A DNA stretch of 64,000 bases from an uncultured virus (IMG/VR IMGVR_UViG_3300033175_000345) (taxonomy: Duplodnaviria; Heunggongvirae; Uroviricota; Caudoviricetes). Below, piece by piece: positions 18,801 to 26,212 of the stretch. Position numbers and translations under genes: made by a program. The stretch lies in the IMG/VR virus record IMGVR_UViG_3300033175_000345. The stretch is one strand, 5' to 3'. How positions within the stretch are numbered: position 1 is the first letter of the stretch; each line of letters begins with the position of its first letter. The notes under the pieces were generated by a model. It saw nothing but the letters and a program-made list of their open reading frames with translations, was not told the DNA's origin and did no database searches.

Positions 18801-19177
18801 CGCGGGAGTCGAACCCCATCGCAACGGCGCTGGCGTCGCTCTTCCACGCTTATCAGAACGCGGTGGAGCTGGATGAGAAGGCCCGCTACGGCGAGGACGA
18901 CCGGGCAAACCATGTGGTGGGGTTCATCGAACGCTACCAGGTGAGGTTCGAGAACGAGAACACCATGGAACCGGTGTCGGCGGGAAGACTGCTCGCTGCG
19001 CTGCGCAGGGTCGGCCGGGAATTCAACCTCGAGTTCGAATACAAGAAGCCCGCTCAGCTCGGTCGGCGCATCAGCAACGACCTGGACGTCATCCGGGACG
19101 CCGGGTTCGACATCGACCGGCAGCGCAACGCCCACACCAAGAACTTCGAGTACCGGATCTGCCACAAGAGCAGGTAA
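15866..19177 (+). CDS. DnaG-type primase fused to a C-terminal P-loop ATPase/helicase
   Basis: CHC2 Zn finger (CPNH...CFGC), TOPRIM (TEGVTD, QDNE), GSAGSGKTT, IVLDN. Confidence 0.88.
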   Translation: MSMGGTDNVREYYRHVTEMDIGDVARELLPGRITQETGQRLMCDCPNHQSQSRLSLHVMLDKQGWYCFGCGVGGDVLQLVEFIQTGSVTAGQSGPMPDSHRQARDYLAKKAGLPPLSRYGLSQERLAQTEADRAFELRVKDALTSLARLYHARLKESPEVLDWLKSKYALSEETIDDLLIGYADNASGAVAQLTGGEDGFSKRELAATGAFRPTSQDGLTPFLERRIVFPYWSRGRVVFMIGRKTPWTPDVGWEQGKYKKLPVHDEHQRPYVADFINNALLFNEDCLLARPGKVIITEGVTDCLALMQLGLPTVSPVTVRIRAADWERLIPKLRGVETVYICQDNELSQAGLKGALQTARTLAEHKIDTRLVTLPLSETQLSARQELTERFGLTASVGPKELAKLLAGRPAEEIQAAEALLAIAKIDVNDYIAAGHTLEDFERLLAEASTPIEFGVRSLPEGAEEEERNRLLEPILGEISEQSPLEQARLLKLVQERIGGGVSMATLKEQIRAIQKDRKVEFRNEKKKAKRMSGAMPGSCRARVDEVLIDTELENGAPDYTLAAEAAYDWFTANGAQFFHTLQGEPFMYFDNAIYWMDSPDRGRKRHYAAMLYKHTGMVPTSNGGRTFFEVLPSLAMIRGQVRDHFSWLHTDVASYTVYFNLNNPEHEIAKITPDEIQIMKNGGNEDGIILDGSRKMKPLKFLPDADLEEADRLLVDLLVGNMTCPQGDRFLILSWLSCFLLIDFAGTRPMTRFEGSAGSGKTTASKITSTLLYGEPQHKKATDAANYTDGSQNPLIVLDNIEVKQMTEDLTTFMLTSITGIAKEKRKSGTDSETITERTKCLLNTTGIEPLCGELSEILSRSFVINFDLANQASDCFLESEVISAIQQNRDLIISAIMKRTSHVLAMIRDGAQKQVMRLLHRTMPTHGKRRCNDYLSLMYLMMLAGSEEHEVTTGLEDLSPLFIEQIHSINDTSQEMARESNPIATALASLFHAYQNAVELDEKARYGEDDRANHVVGFIERYQVRFENENTMEPVSAGRLLAALRRVGREFNLEFEYKKPAQLGRRISNDLDVIRDAGFDIDRQRNAHTKNFEYRICHKSR

Positions 19178-19244
19178 ATGGAATTTTTTTGCCCAAACTG
19201 GATGATATGACGACACTGAACTTTATCAAAATCAAAGGCAAAAC

Positions 19245-19273
19245 TTGACGCCATCATCCTGTGATGCTAAGTT
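19245..19273 (+). promoter_or_regulatory. Sigma70 promoter of the ABC-F moron
   Basis: TTGACG-17 bp-TAAGTT with an extended TGn. Confidence 0.6.
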
Positions 19274-19300
19274 AAAAGTAAATTTATATGGAGGTCAACA

Positions 19301-20812
19301 ATGTCAATATCTTTTCAAAACGTTACCTTTTCTTATGATAGTGCAATATCCTCATTGCTTGAGGATATCACAGTTCATCTTGCGGAAGGATGGACAGGAA
19401 TCGTAGGGCCAAACGGTGCAGGGAAAACGACTTTTCTGCAACTTGCGGCAGGACATCTACAGGTACAGCAAGGGACTATCAAACGGTCCGGACATATAGT
19501 TTTCTGCCCGCAGCGCACTGACGATGTTCCGGCACAGCTATCACTTTTGATTTCTACGGTTGAAGCAGAGGCATGCGTACTGCGTGGAAAGCTAAGGATT
19601 GGCGATGATTGGGTAAGTCGCTGGCAGACACTAAGTCATGGCGAGCGTAAGCGTGCTCAAATTGCTGTCGCTCTCTGGCAACAACCGGATGTCCTTCTTC
19701 TTGATGAACCGACCAATCATATTGATATTACGGCCCGTGAGCTGCTTATAGAAGCGCTTACATCATTTCGTGGTATTGGTCTGCTGGTTAGCCATGACCG
19801 AGATTTGCTTGACCTTCTTTGCCAGCAATGTATTTTTCTCGACCCCCCTCAAGCCATAATACAACCTGGCAATTATACGAAAGCTGCCGCAGATGTTAAA
19901 CGGGAAGAATCAAGTTTGCAGGATAGACGTCATAGTTTGCAACAAAACCTGGAACGATTAAAGGACGAGTCGAAACGTCGCTGCGCTAAAGCCTCACGCG
20001 CCAACAAAAAGAAATCGAAACGTCATTTGGCACGTGGTGACAGCGATGGGCGTGCCAAAATCGACCTGGCTCGTGTTTCAGGACAGGATGGTCATGCCGG
20101 GCGTCTTGCTAAGCAATTAAAAGGTCGTATAAAGCATGGGCAGGAACAAATTTCTGAGATAAAAATCAAGAAACGCTATGCAACTCATTTCTGGATCGAT
20201 GGTTCCGTCTCTCCACGTCGAATCCTCTTTACTATTCCTGCTGACATAATCGCTCTCGATGAATCAAGAAAATTGCATATACCAGAGATTTCAATGCTAC
20301 GTGACGATCGTATTGCTATTACTGGAGCAAATGGAATGGGAAAGACAACTTTTATTCGACATATTCTTAACCACATAGATATTCCTAATGAGCATTTGGT
20401 ATATTTACCGCAAGAGATTGACATGATGAAAACCCGAAAAATCATGGCAGATGTAAATCACCTTTCCCATGAACAACTTGGTAAAATCATGACAGTGGTG
20501 AGTGCTCTTGGGTCACGCCCTGAACGACTGTTACATAACCTTGATATCAGCCCAGGTGAATTGCGCAAGGTGCTATTGGCGCTTGGAATTATTCGTCAGC
20601 CGCATTTAATTGTTATGGATGAACCGACAAATCATCTCGATCTTCCAGCAATCGAGTGCTTAGAGAATGCCCTGAGAGATTGCCCCTGTGGCCTGTTGCT
20701 GATCAGCCATGATTTGCATTTCCTCCAACAGGTCACTAGTAAACGGTGGCACCTGGGTCAACATGAAACGAACGTTATGATTTCTATAGATAATCGAAAG
20801 ACAACGGATTGA
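19301..20812 (+). CDS. ABC-F family ATPase (two ABC domains, no membrane domain)
   Basis: GPNGAGKTT/LSHGE/LLLDEPTNH and GANGMGKTT/ISPGE/VMDEPTNH joined by a basic helical linker; AT-richer than flanks. Confidence 0.9.
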   Translation: MSISFQNVTFSYDSAISSLLEDITVHLAEGWTGIVGPNGAGKTTFLQLAAGHLQVQQGTIKRSGHIVFCPQRTDDVPAQLSLLISTVEAEACVLRGKLRIGDDWVSRWQTLSHGERKRAQIAVALWQQPDVLLLDEPTNHIDITARELLIEALTSFRGIGLLVSHDRDLLDLLCQQCIFLDPPQAIIQPGNYTKAAADVKREESSLQDRRHSLQQNLERLKDESKRRCAKASRANKKKSKRHLARGDSDGRAKIDLARVSGQDGHAGRLAKQLKGRIKHGQEQISEIKIKKRYATHFWIDGSVSPRRILFTIPADIIALDESRKLHIPEISMLRDDRIAITGANGMGKTTFIRHILNHIDIPNEHLVYLPQEIDMMKTRKIMADVNHLSHEQLGKIMTVVSALGSRPERLLHNLDISPGELRKVLLALGIIRQPHLIVMDEPTNHLDLPAIECLENALRDCPCGLLLISHDLHFLQQVTSKRWHLGQHETNVMISIDNRKTTD

Positions 20813-20831
20813 GTATTCGCAGCTCCGGTTT

Positions 20832-21184
20832 TGCGGTGGTGCGGTGAACACCGCTGTCTCTTGCGGTGGATGACCACCGCACGCCAAACCCTTGCCAGAC
20901 AAGGCGTTCATGGCCTTTGCGGTGGATGCGGTGGTAAATCCAGAGGTCTCACCCCCCTATGGGCTGAAATATTTTTTTGACTCACCAACCCGACATCCGA
21001 CGCCAGGCAAATTCCGGCCCAGCGCGAGAGACATTCCCCAAATACCACCGCAACCACCGCACTCTATCTTCTCTTTCTTCATAACTATCTAAAAACAAAT
21101 AACAAACAAAGAACCACCCCCTGCGGTGGGACGAGAAAACCTTCCACCGCACGACCACCGCAGCCACCGCACGTATCCACCGCA
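20832..21184. repeat. Iteron cluster (12 exact CCACCGCA/TGCGGTGG); candidate replication origin
   Basis: Copies start at 20832, 20862, 20874, 20918, 20927, 21045, 21054, 21122, 21144, 21155, 21164, 21177; AT-rich stretch at ~21062-21113. Confidence 0.8.
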
Positions 21185-21195
21185 GCAGATGGTCT

Positions 21196-21225
21196 CCGAC
21201 GGTTTCAGGGCAGCTCCGGTAAATA
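21196..21225 (+). promoter_or_regulatory. Candidate phage sigma promoter 2 (CCGAC-N16-CGGTAAATA)
   Basis: Shared motif; 41 bp before the ORF at 21267. Confidence 0.65.
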
Positions 21226-21266
21226 ACGGGAAAAGCGATTAACCCGTATTTCTGGAGCCTGAAACC

Positions 21267-22052
21267 ATGAGCCTTCTAAAAACCATGATCAAGCACACCG
21301 CCGGAGGGCAGGAAGCCTCGGCCGGATGTGAACCCCCATCATTACCACCGCAACAACCGCAGCCCGCCATCTATGTCTCCACCGGGCTCGATGTTCACGA
21401 GGTCGAGGACGCCCGCGACTGGCCTGAAGACCGGGAGATCGACGGCACGCTGTGTCGCCGCCTGTCGCCTGAATACTTTGCCTGGCTACGTTCCCGCATG
21501 CTCACGGCCCAAGCCGCGCACAAGGCCGGAAAGCTCCCCGAGGATGCCTGGAACACGCTGCGGCGGCGATTCAACGCCCTGCAGGAGCTGGCCATTCGGG
21601 AGTTCGGCAAGGAAAGCCTGCAGGAGGTACTGCATTCCTTTTCCCCGAAGAACTATCGGCCACCCGCGCTTCGTCCCCAGCAACAGGAGAAACCCGCTGA
21701 AGTTCCCAGAAAAGACTGGATTTATCCCGGTGACCCGGCCTGGAAATTCAAGCAGACGATAAATCCCCAGGCTGTCGCCAAGGTCGATGCCATCCGTGAA
21801 GAGGCCATGACCAAGGGCTGGTCCGAGGCACGTCTCTATCAGAACCAGGGCCGCTTCCGGTTTCCCTGCGGCGAGGACTACGGCCTGGTCTGTTTCGTCG
21901 ACGGCGATCAGGAGATTGGCGAGGTCACCGAGAGCTTCATCGAAATTATCCACGAGCAGAAGTCCGGGCGTCCCAGCACGCTCAGGTTCTACAACCCGGA
22001 CGTGCCCCAGCCGTGGATGAAGAAAAGGGATCAGCAGCCAGGAGATCTCTAA
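21267..22052 (+). CDS. Hypothetical phage protein
   Basis: 261-aa ORF with GGAG RBS. Confidence 0.75.
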   Translation: MSLLKTMIKHTAGGQEASAGCEPPSLPPQQPQPAIYVSTGLDVHEVEDARDWPEDREIDGTLCRRLSPEYFAWLRSRMLTAQAAHKAGKLPEDAWNTLRRRFNALQELAIREFGKESLQEVLHSFSPKNYRPPALRPQQQEKPAEVPRKDWIYPGDPAWKFKQTINPQAVAKVDAIREEAMTKGWSEARLYQNQGRFRFPCGEDYGLVCFVDGDQEIGEVTESFIEIIHEQKSGRPSTLRFYNPDVPQPWMKKRDQQPGDL

Positions 22053-22108
22053 CCTCGCCGGTATGACCACCCGCCGCAAACAATCCCGGGTCAACTAGAT
22101 GATCGTAG

Positions 22109-22138
22109 CCGACAGATCGACGCCGCTGCCGGTAAGTA
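22109..22138 (+). promoter_or_regulatory. Candidate phage sigma promoter 3 / late promoter (CCGAC-N16-CGGTAAGTA)
   Basis: Shared motif; directly upstream of the HNH gene and the late operon. Confidence 0.65.
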
Positions 22139-22156
22139 ATAATTGTGAGGTGCGAC

Positions 22157-22576
22157 ATGCCGATTAGATCACTTCATCCATGTAGCCGCCCGGGATGCCC
22201 AAAACTGACGCGTGAGCGGTTCTGCCCTGAGCACGCATGTGAAGCCACAACTGAGAGCGAGAGAGCCAGGGAGACGGCTGTACAGCGCGGATATGACCAT
22301 CACTGGAGCAAGATCAGGATCATGAAGTTAAACCGCGATCCCTTGTGCGAGAGGTGTCTCGCCGTGGGCAGAGAGGTACCGGCCATGCTGGTTCATCACA
22401 GGGACAGGAACCCGAAGAACAACGCGGCAGAGAACCACGAGTCGTTGTGTACAGCGTGCCATGACAAAGAACATGTCCGCGACCGTTTCAAACCCCGGAG
22501 GGAGGGCGGTGTAAATCTCTGGAATCATGACATAAATAACCGCGCCGGCAGTCACGCGCGAGTTTTTCAGAAATGA
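22157..22576 (+). CDS. Packaging-associated HNH endonuclease
   Basis: PCSRPGCP...FCPEH, RGYDHHW, PLCERC, VHH...N...SLCTACH. Confidence 0.9.
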   Translation: MPIRSLHPCSRPGCPKLTRERFCPEHACEATTESERARETAVQRGYDHHWSKIRIMKLNRDPLCERCLAVGREVPAMLVHHRDRNPKNNAAENHESLCTACHDKEHVRDRFKPRREGGVNLWNHDINNRAGSHARVFQK

Positions 22577-22590
22577 GGGACAGGGGGTAA

Positions 22591-23904
22591 ATGATAGAAA
22601 TAGAGAATGTCGGCATCAGAAAGCTGAAGCCCGCCGCGTACAATCCAAGGAAAATCGACGGCGCCACCCTGGATCGTCTGGCCAGGGGAATGGAGGAGTT
22701 CGGGATCGTCGATCCGATCATAATCAACAAGGACGGGACCGTTATCGGCGGGCATCAGCGAATCAAGGCGGCGGAAAAACTGGGACTGTCGGAGGTCCCC
22801 TGTGTGCGCCTCGACCTGGACAAAACGAAAGAGAAGACCCTCAACCTGGCCCTCAACAAAATAAGCGGCGAGTGGGATATGGGTCTCTTAAAAGACCTTC
22901 TGATCGAACTCGATTCCGGCGCTTTTGATATTGAATTGACCGGCTTTTCGGCGAAGGAACTCGAGAAACTCATGGTCCGCAATACCGTCGAGGACGACTT
23001 CGACGCTGAGGCGGAGGCCGGGAAGATCAAGAAGGCCGTCGCCAAGCCGGGCGACGTCTGGGTCATGGACCGCCATAGACTGTGCTGCGGGGATGCCACC
23101 AACCCACAGGATTACGAAAAACTGATGGCGGGTGCCACGGCCGATCTCGTCTGGACGGACCCGCCTTACGGCGTCAGCTATACCGACAAGACCGATTGGA
23201 TCAACAACAAAAGGAAGGGCACGAGCCACAAGCCCATCGCCGGCGACAACCTGCGGGGCGGAGGCCTCCAGACCCTGCTTGAGAACGCCTTCAAGAACAC
23301 GGCGGCCCACAGCAAGCCCGGAGCGTGCGTGTATGTGGCCCACGCCGATATCAACACGGCCGAATTCCGGGGTGCCCTCACCAGGGCCGGCATCTATGTC
23401 AGCCAGACCCTGGTGTGGGTAAAAAGCGGCGCGGTGCTGTCGAGAAACGATTACAACTGGAAACACGAGCCGATCCTCTATGGCTGGAACGAGGGGGCGG
23501 GCCATTATTTTTCGCAGAACTTCACAGAGACCTCCGTGATCGACGATGATCTCGACCTCGACAAAATGAAAAAAGAGGACCTCATAGCTCTCCTGAAAGA
23601 GATGCGATCGGCAGTACCGGAAACGGTCCTGCGCGAGGATCGCCCGACAAAAAATGCCCTGCACCCGACGATGAAGCCCATCGCCCTGGTCGCGAGGATG
23701 ATCCGCAACAGCACCCGGCCCGACCCTTCGCAAATCGTCCTGGACCCGTTCATGGGATCCGGAACGACACTCATGGCCGCCGAACAGACAGGCAGAACGG
23801 CATACGGCATCGAGTTGGATCCCGTCTATTGCGACGTCATCTGCAAGCGATGGGAGGCCTTTACGGGAAAGGTAGCCAAAAGAGAAAACGATGCCAGGGC
23901 GTAA
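22591..23904 (+). CDS. ParB-like N-terminal domain fused to an N6/N4 DNA methyltransferase
   Basis: PAAYNPR...IGGHQR; TDPPY, HPTMKP, DPFMGSGTT. Confidence 0.92.
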   Translation: MIEIENVGIRKLKPAAYNPRKIDGATLDRLARGMEEFGIVDPIIINKDGTVIGGHQRIKAAEKLGLSEVPCVRLDLDKTKEKTLNLALNKISGEWDMGLLKDLLIELDSGAFDIELTGFSAKELEKLMVRNTVEDDFDAEAEAGKIKKAVAKPGDVWVMDRHRLCCGDATNPQDYEKLMAGATADLVWTDPPYGVSYTDKTDWINNKRKGTSHKPIAGDNLRGGGLQTLLENAFKNTAAHSKPGACVYVAHADINTAEFRGALTRAGIYVSQTLVWVKSGAVLSRNDYNWKHEPILYGWNEGAGHYFSQNFTETSVIDDDLDLDKMKKEDLIALLKEMRSAVPETVLREDRPTKNALHPTMKPIALVARMIRNSTRPDPSQIVLDPFMGSGTTLMAAEQTGRTAYGIELDPVYCDVICKRWEAFTGKVAKRENDARA

Positions 23905-24358
23905 ACCGAAACCAGCGAACCTCCTGACGCTGGAAAAAGGCACCCTTTACGGTGTTCAGAGGGAACGCGTCGAGAATGAACCCAGGGCCGAACGCCATAT
24001 CGTCCCCAAGTGCCCGGCGAGATTCTCCAGGGAGGAAAAACGGGAATGGCGCTTTTTCGCCTCCATCTTGAAAAACTACGGTCTGCTGACCATAGCCAAT
24101 GCACCGATTCTCGAACTGCTGGCGACCGACATGGCCCAGTACAAGGAATGCGCCGCCAAGGTGGCGGAAACCGGCATCATTATCAGGAGTCCCCAGAACT
24201 TCCCGATCTACAACCCCTACTGGACCGCGGTAAACAAACTGGAGGAAAAGATACACAAATGCCTGGCTGAACTCGGGCTCTCGAGTTCGTCGCTGGCCAG
24301 GATAGGCGCCCTGATTGTGAAGAGCAACAAGGAAAAAGACGGATACTTCGAGGATTGA
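23891..24358 (+). CDS. terS: Terminase small subunit (P27-like)
   Basis: MPGRKPKP start, NP motif, ELGLS-x-SS. Confidence 0.8.
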   Translation: MPGRKPKPANLLTLEKGTLYGVQRERVENEPRAERHIVPKCPARFSREEKREWRFFASILKNYGLLTIANAPILELLATDMAQYKECAAKVAETGIIIRSPQNFPIYNPYWTAVNKLEEKIHKCLAELGLSSSSLARIGALIVKSNKEKDGYFED

Positions 24359-25032
24359 CGATAATGGTGAACACAATCATCAAAACAGTGAAATTGTCGG
24401 AGCTCAAGCCCCATCCCGACAACCCCAGAAAAATCAGCCGGGAGAACATGGATCGGCTCGTCAAATCGCTCCAGGAATTTCCGGAGATGCTTGAAATCAA
24501 GGAAATCGTTGTGGACGAAACCATGACGATCATCGGCGGGAACATGCGTTACGCCGCCCTCAAGAAAATGGGCAGGGAGCAATGCAAGACGAAGATCGTC
24601 ACCGGGCTCACGGAAGATCAGAAACGCGAGTACATCATCAAAGACAACATAGCCCTGGGAGAGTGGGAAAAAACCATCATCGCCAAAAAGTACAGCGATC
24701 TCGACCTTAAAACCTGGGGCATAGACCTGCTTGGCGCCTCGATGGGCAAAGAGGAGCTCACCGCTGCGATTTTGACGGAAAAGGAGCGCAAAGAGGCAGC
24801 CAAAACAGCTGATGAGATTTCGAAAGCCCTGTCCGAGAAGATCAAGACGATAACCGCCGAGGACCCGAAGCGGATAAACAGCGCCATCTGCATAGTCGTC
24901 CAGAACGGCCGAGGCAACGATGTCATGGTCCTGGCTGATCCGAACGCCAAAGACTTCATCGCCGAGCTAAAAAGATACGCTGCCGCCGGCGAACATTCGC
25001 CTCTCGAATGTCTGATGAGGGCACTGACATGA
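24355..25032 (+). CDS. ParB/Srx N-terminal domain protein
   Basis: LKPHPDNPR...IIGGNMRY...IKDN...GEW. Confidence 0.8.
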   Translation: MTIMVNTIIKTVKLSELKPHPDNPRKISRENMDRLVKSLQEFPEMLEIKEIVVDETMTIIGGNMRYAALKKMGREQCKTKIVTGLTEDQKREYIIKDNIALGEWEKTIIAKKYSDLDLKTWGIDLLGASMGKEELTAAILTEKERKEAAKTADEISKALSEKIKTITAEDPKRINSAICIVVQNGRGNDVMVLADPNAKDFIAELKRYAAAGEHSPLECLMRALT

Positions 25033-25910
25033 GAACGGCGCTCCGCATCATCAACGAGGCCATGGCCGCCCATACGAAAGCATGTCTGGCATTCTCCGGC
25101 GGGTCGGACAGCGTTTTGTTGATGGATCTCATTTTCAGACACACGGAACATCGGCCGGTCGTCGTGTTCGCCGACTCGCAGATGGAATACCCGGAAACGG
25201 AGGCGTTCTGCCGAACGGTATGTGGGCATTACGGCGCCGATCTCCATATCACCAGGGCAACCCATACGCCGGAGGACCAATGGAGACGATACGGATGGCC
25301 GATGATGGGAAAAATTGCGGCGAGGAAATGGATGCAGCGGCACAAGCACCGGCCGCTCGGATTCAAGATCGATGTCTCGACGTGCTGCCGGATGATGAAG
25401 ATCGCGCCGGCCAGGAGGTTGGCGAAGAAGCTTGCCTGCACTCTTCAGTTCACCGGGGTCCGTGGGGCGAGCGATGACATCCTCCGCGGACTGCGGGCCA
25501 TAAAGGACGGCGCCACCCACTACGTCAAGGCCGACGACTTAACGGTCTGCAACCCGCTTACCGGCTGGACGGACACCATGGGCCGTCGCTACCGGGACAA
25601 ATACGATCTTCCGGTTCACCCGTCCAAAGCCCGAGGCGCCGTCACCATCGGCTGCGTCTGTTGCGGAGGAGGATCCCAATTCACGATCAGCGCTTTTCGC
25701 CTGCTCAGGCGCACATGGCCGGAGGCCTGGTGGAAATACATCGTCGAGACAGGCATGGGCGAGATTATCCTGGCCATCAAATACGACGCCCATATCGACA
25801 CGGTAAGAGAATCCATCGATTCCCTGGGAGGCTTGGAAACGGTCGCCAAAGAACGCCCGTGGATTTTTGATTATACTGCGGCGGACCCGCTGCCGGGATA
25901 CGAAAAATGA
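25029..25910 (+). CDS. PAPS-reductase-family (PP-loop) protein
   Basis: AFSGGSDS, CCRMMK, TGVR, NPLTGWT, TIGCVCC. Confidence 0.85.
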   Translation: MRTALRIINEAMAAHTKACLAFSGGSDSVLLMDLIFRHTEHRPVVVFADSQMEYPETEAFCRTVCGHYGADLHITRATHTPEDQWRRYGWPMMGKIAARKWMQRHKHRPLGFKIDVSTCCRMMKIAPARRLAKKLACTLQFTGVRGASDDILRGLRAIKDGATHYVKADDLTVCNPLTGWTDTMGRRYRDKYDLPVHPSKARGAVTIGCVCCGGGSQFTISAFRLLRRTWPEAWWKYIVETGMGEIILAIKYDAHIDTVRESIDSLGGLETVAKERPWIFDYTAADPLPGYEK

Positions 25911-26212
25911 GAAAAAGCGAATTTTCCTACTTTGACACTTTGACACCAAGGCAGCAACTGAATGACTTGATGCACAAGTACGCCCAGAGAAATCATATTC
26001 CTTATGCTGAGAGCTGGGTCGAACTCGAGCATCGCTACTACAGGCGTCATAACATCGCGATTTTCGTAGAACGCAAAAGACACAGGGAAAAAACGAATAT
26101 GCGTCTGAGCATCACGGAATTTCTGGATTTAACAGGAAGACTCACCGCGGCGATAGAGATCGGGCATGAGATGACTGAGGGAATACTGATGGAGAAACAC
26201 CATGCCTTTTAA
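25907..26212 (+). CDS. Hypothetical protein
   Basis: 101-aa ORF overlapping both neighbours. Confidence 0.65.
   Translation: MRKSEFSYFDTLTPRQQLNDLMHKYAQRNHIPYAESWVELEHRYYRRHNIAIFVERKRHREKTNMRLSITEFLDLTGRLTAAIEIGHEMTEGILMEKHHAF

Noticed and set aside
20832..21184. Repeat cluster as a CRISPR array
   Set aside because: Repeats are only 8 bp, in both orientations and irregularly spaced
25029..25910. PAPS reductase as BrxP of the BREX system
   Set aside because: It is more than 21 kb away, embedded in the phage packaging operon and inside the att repeats
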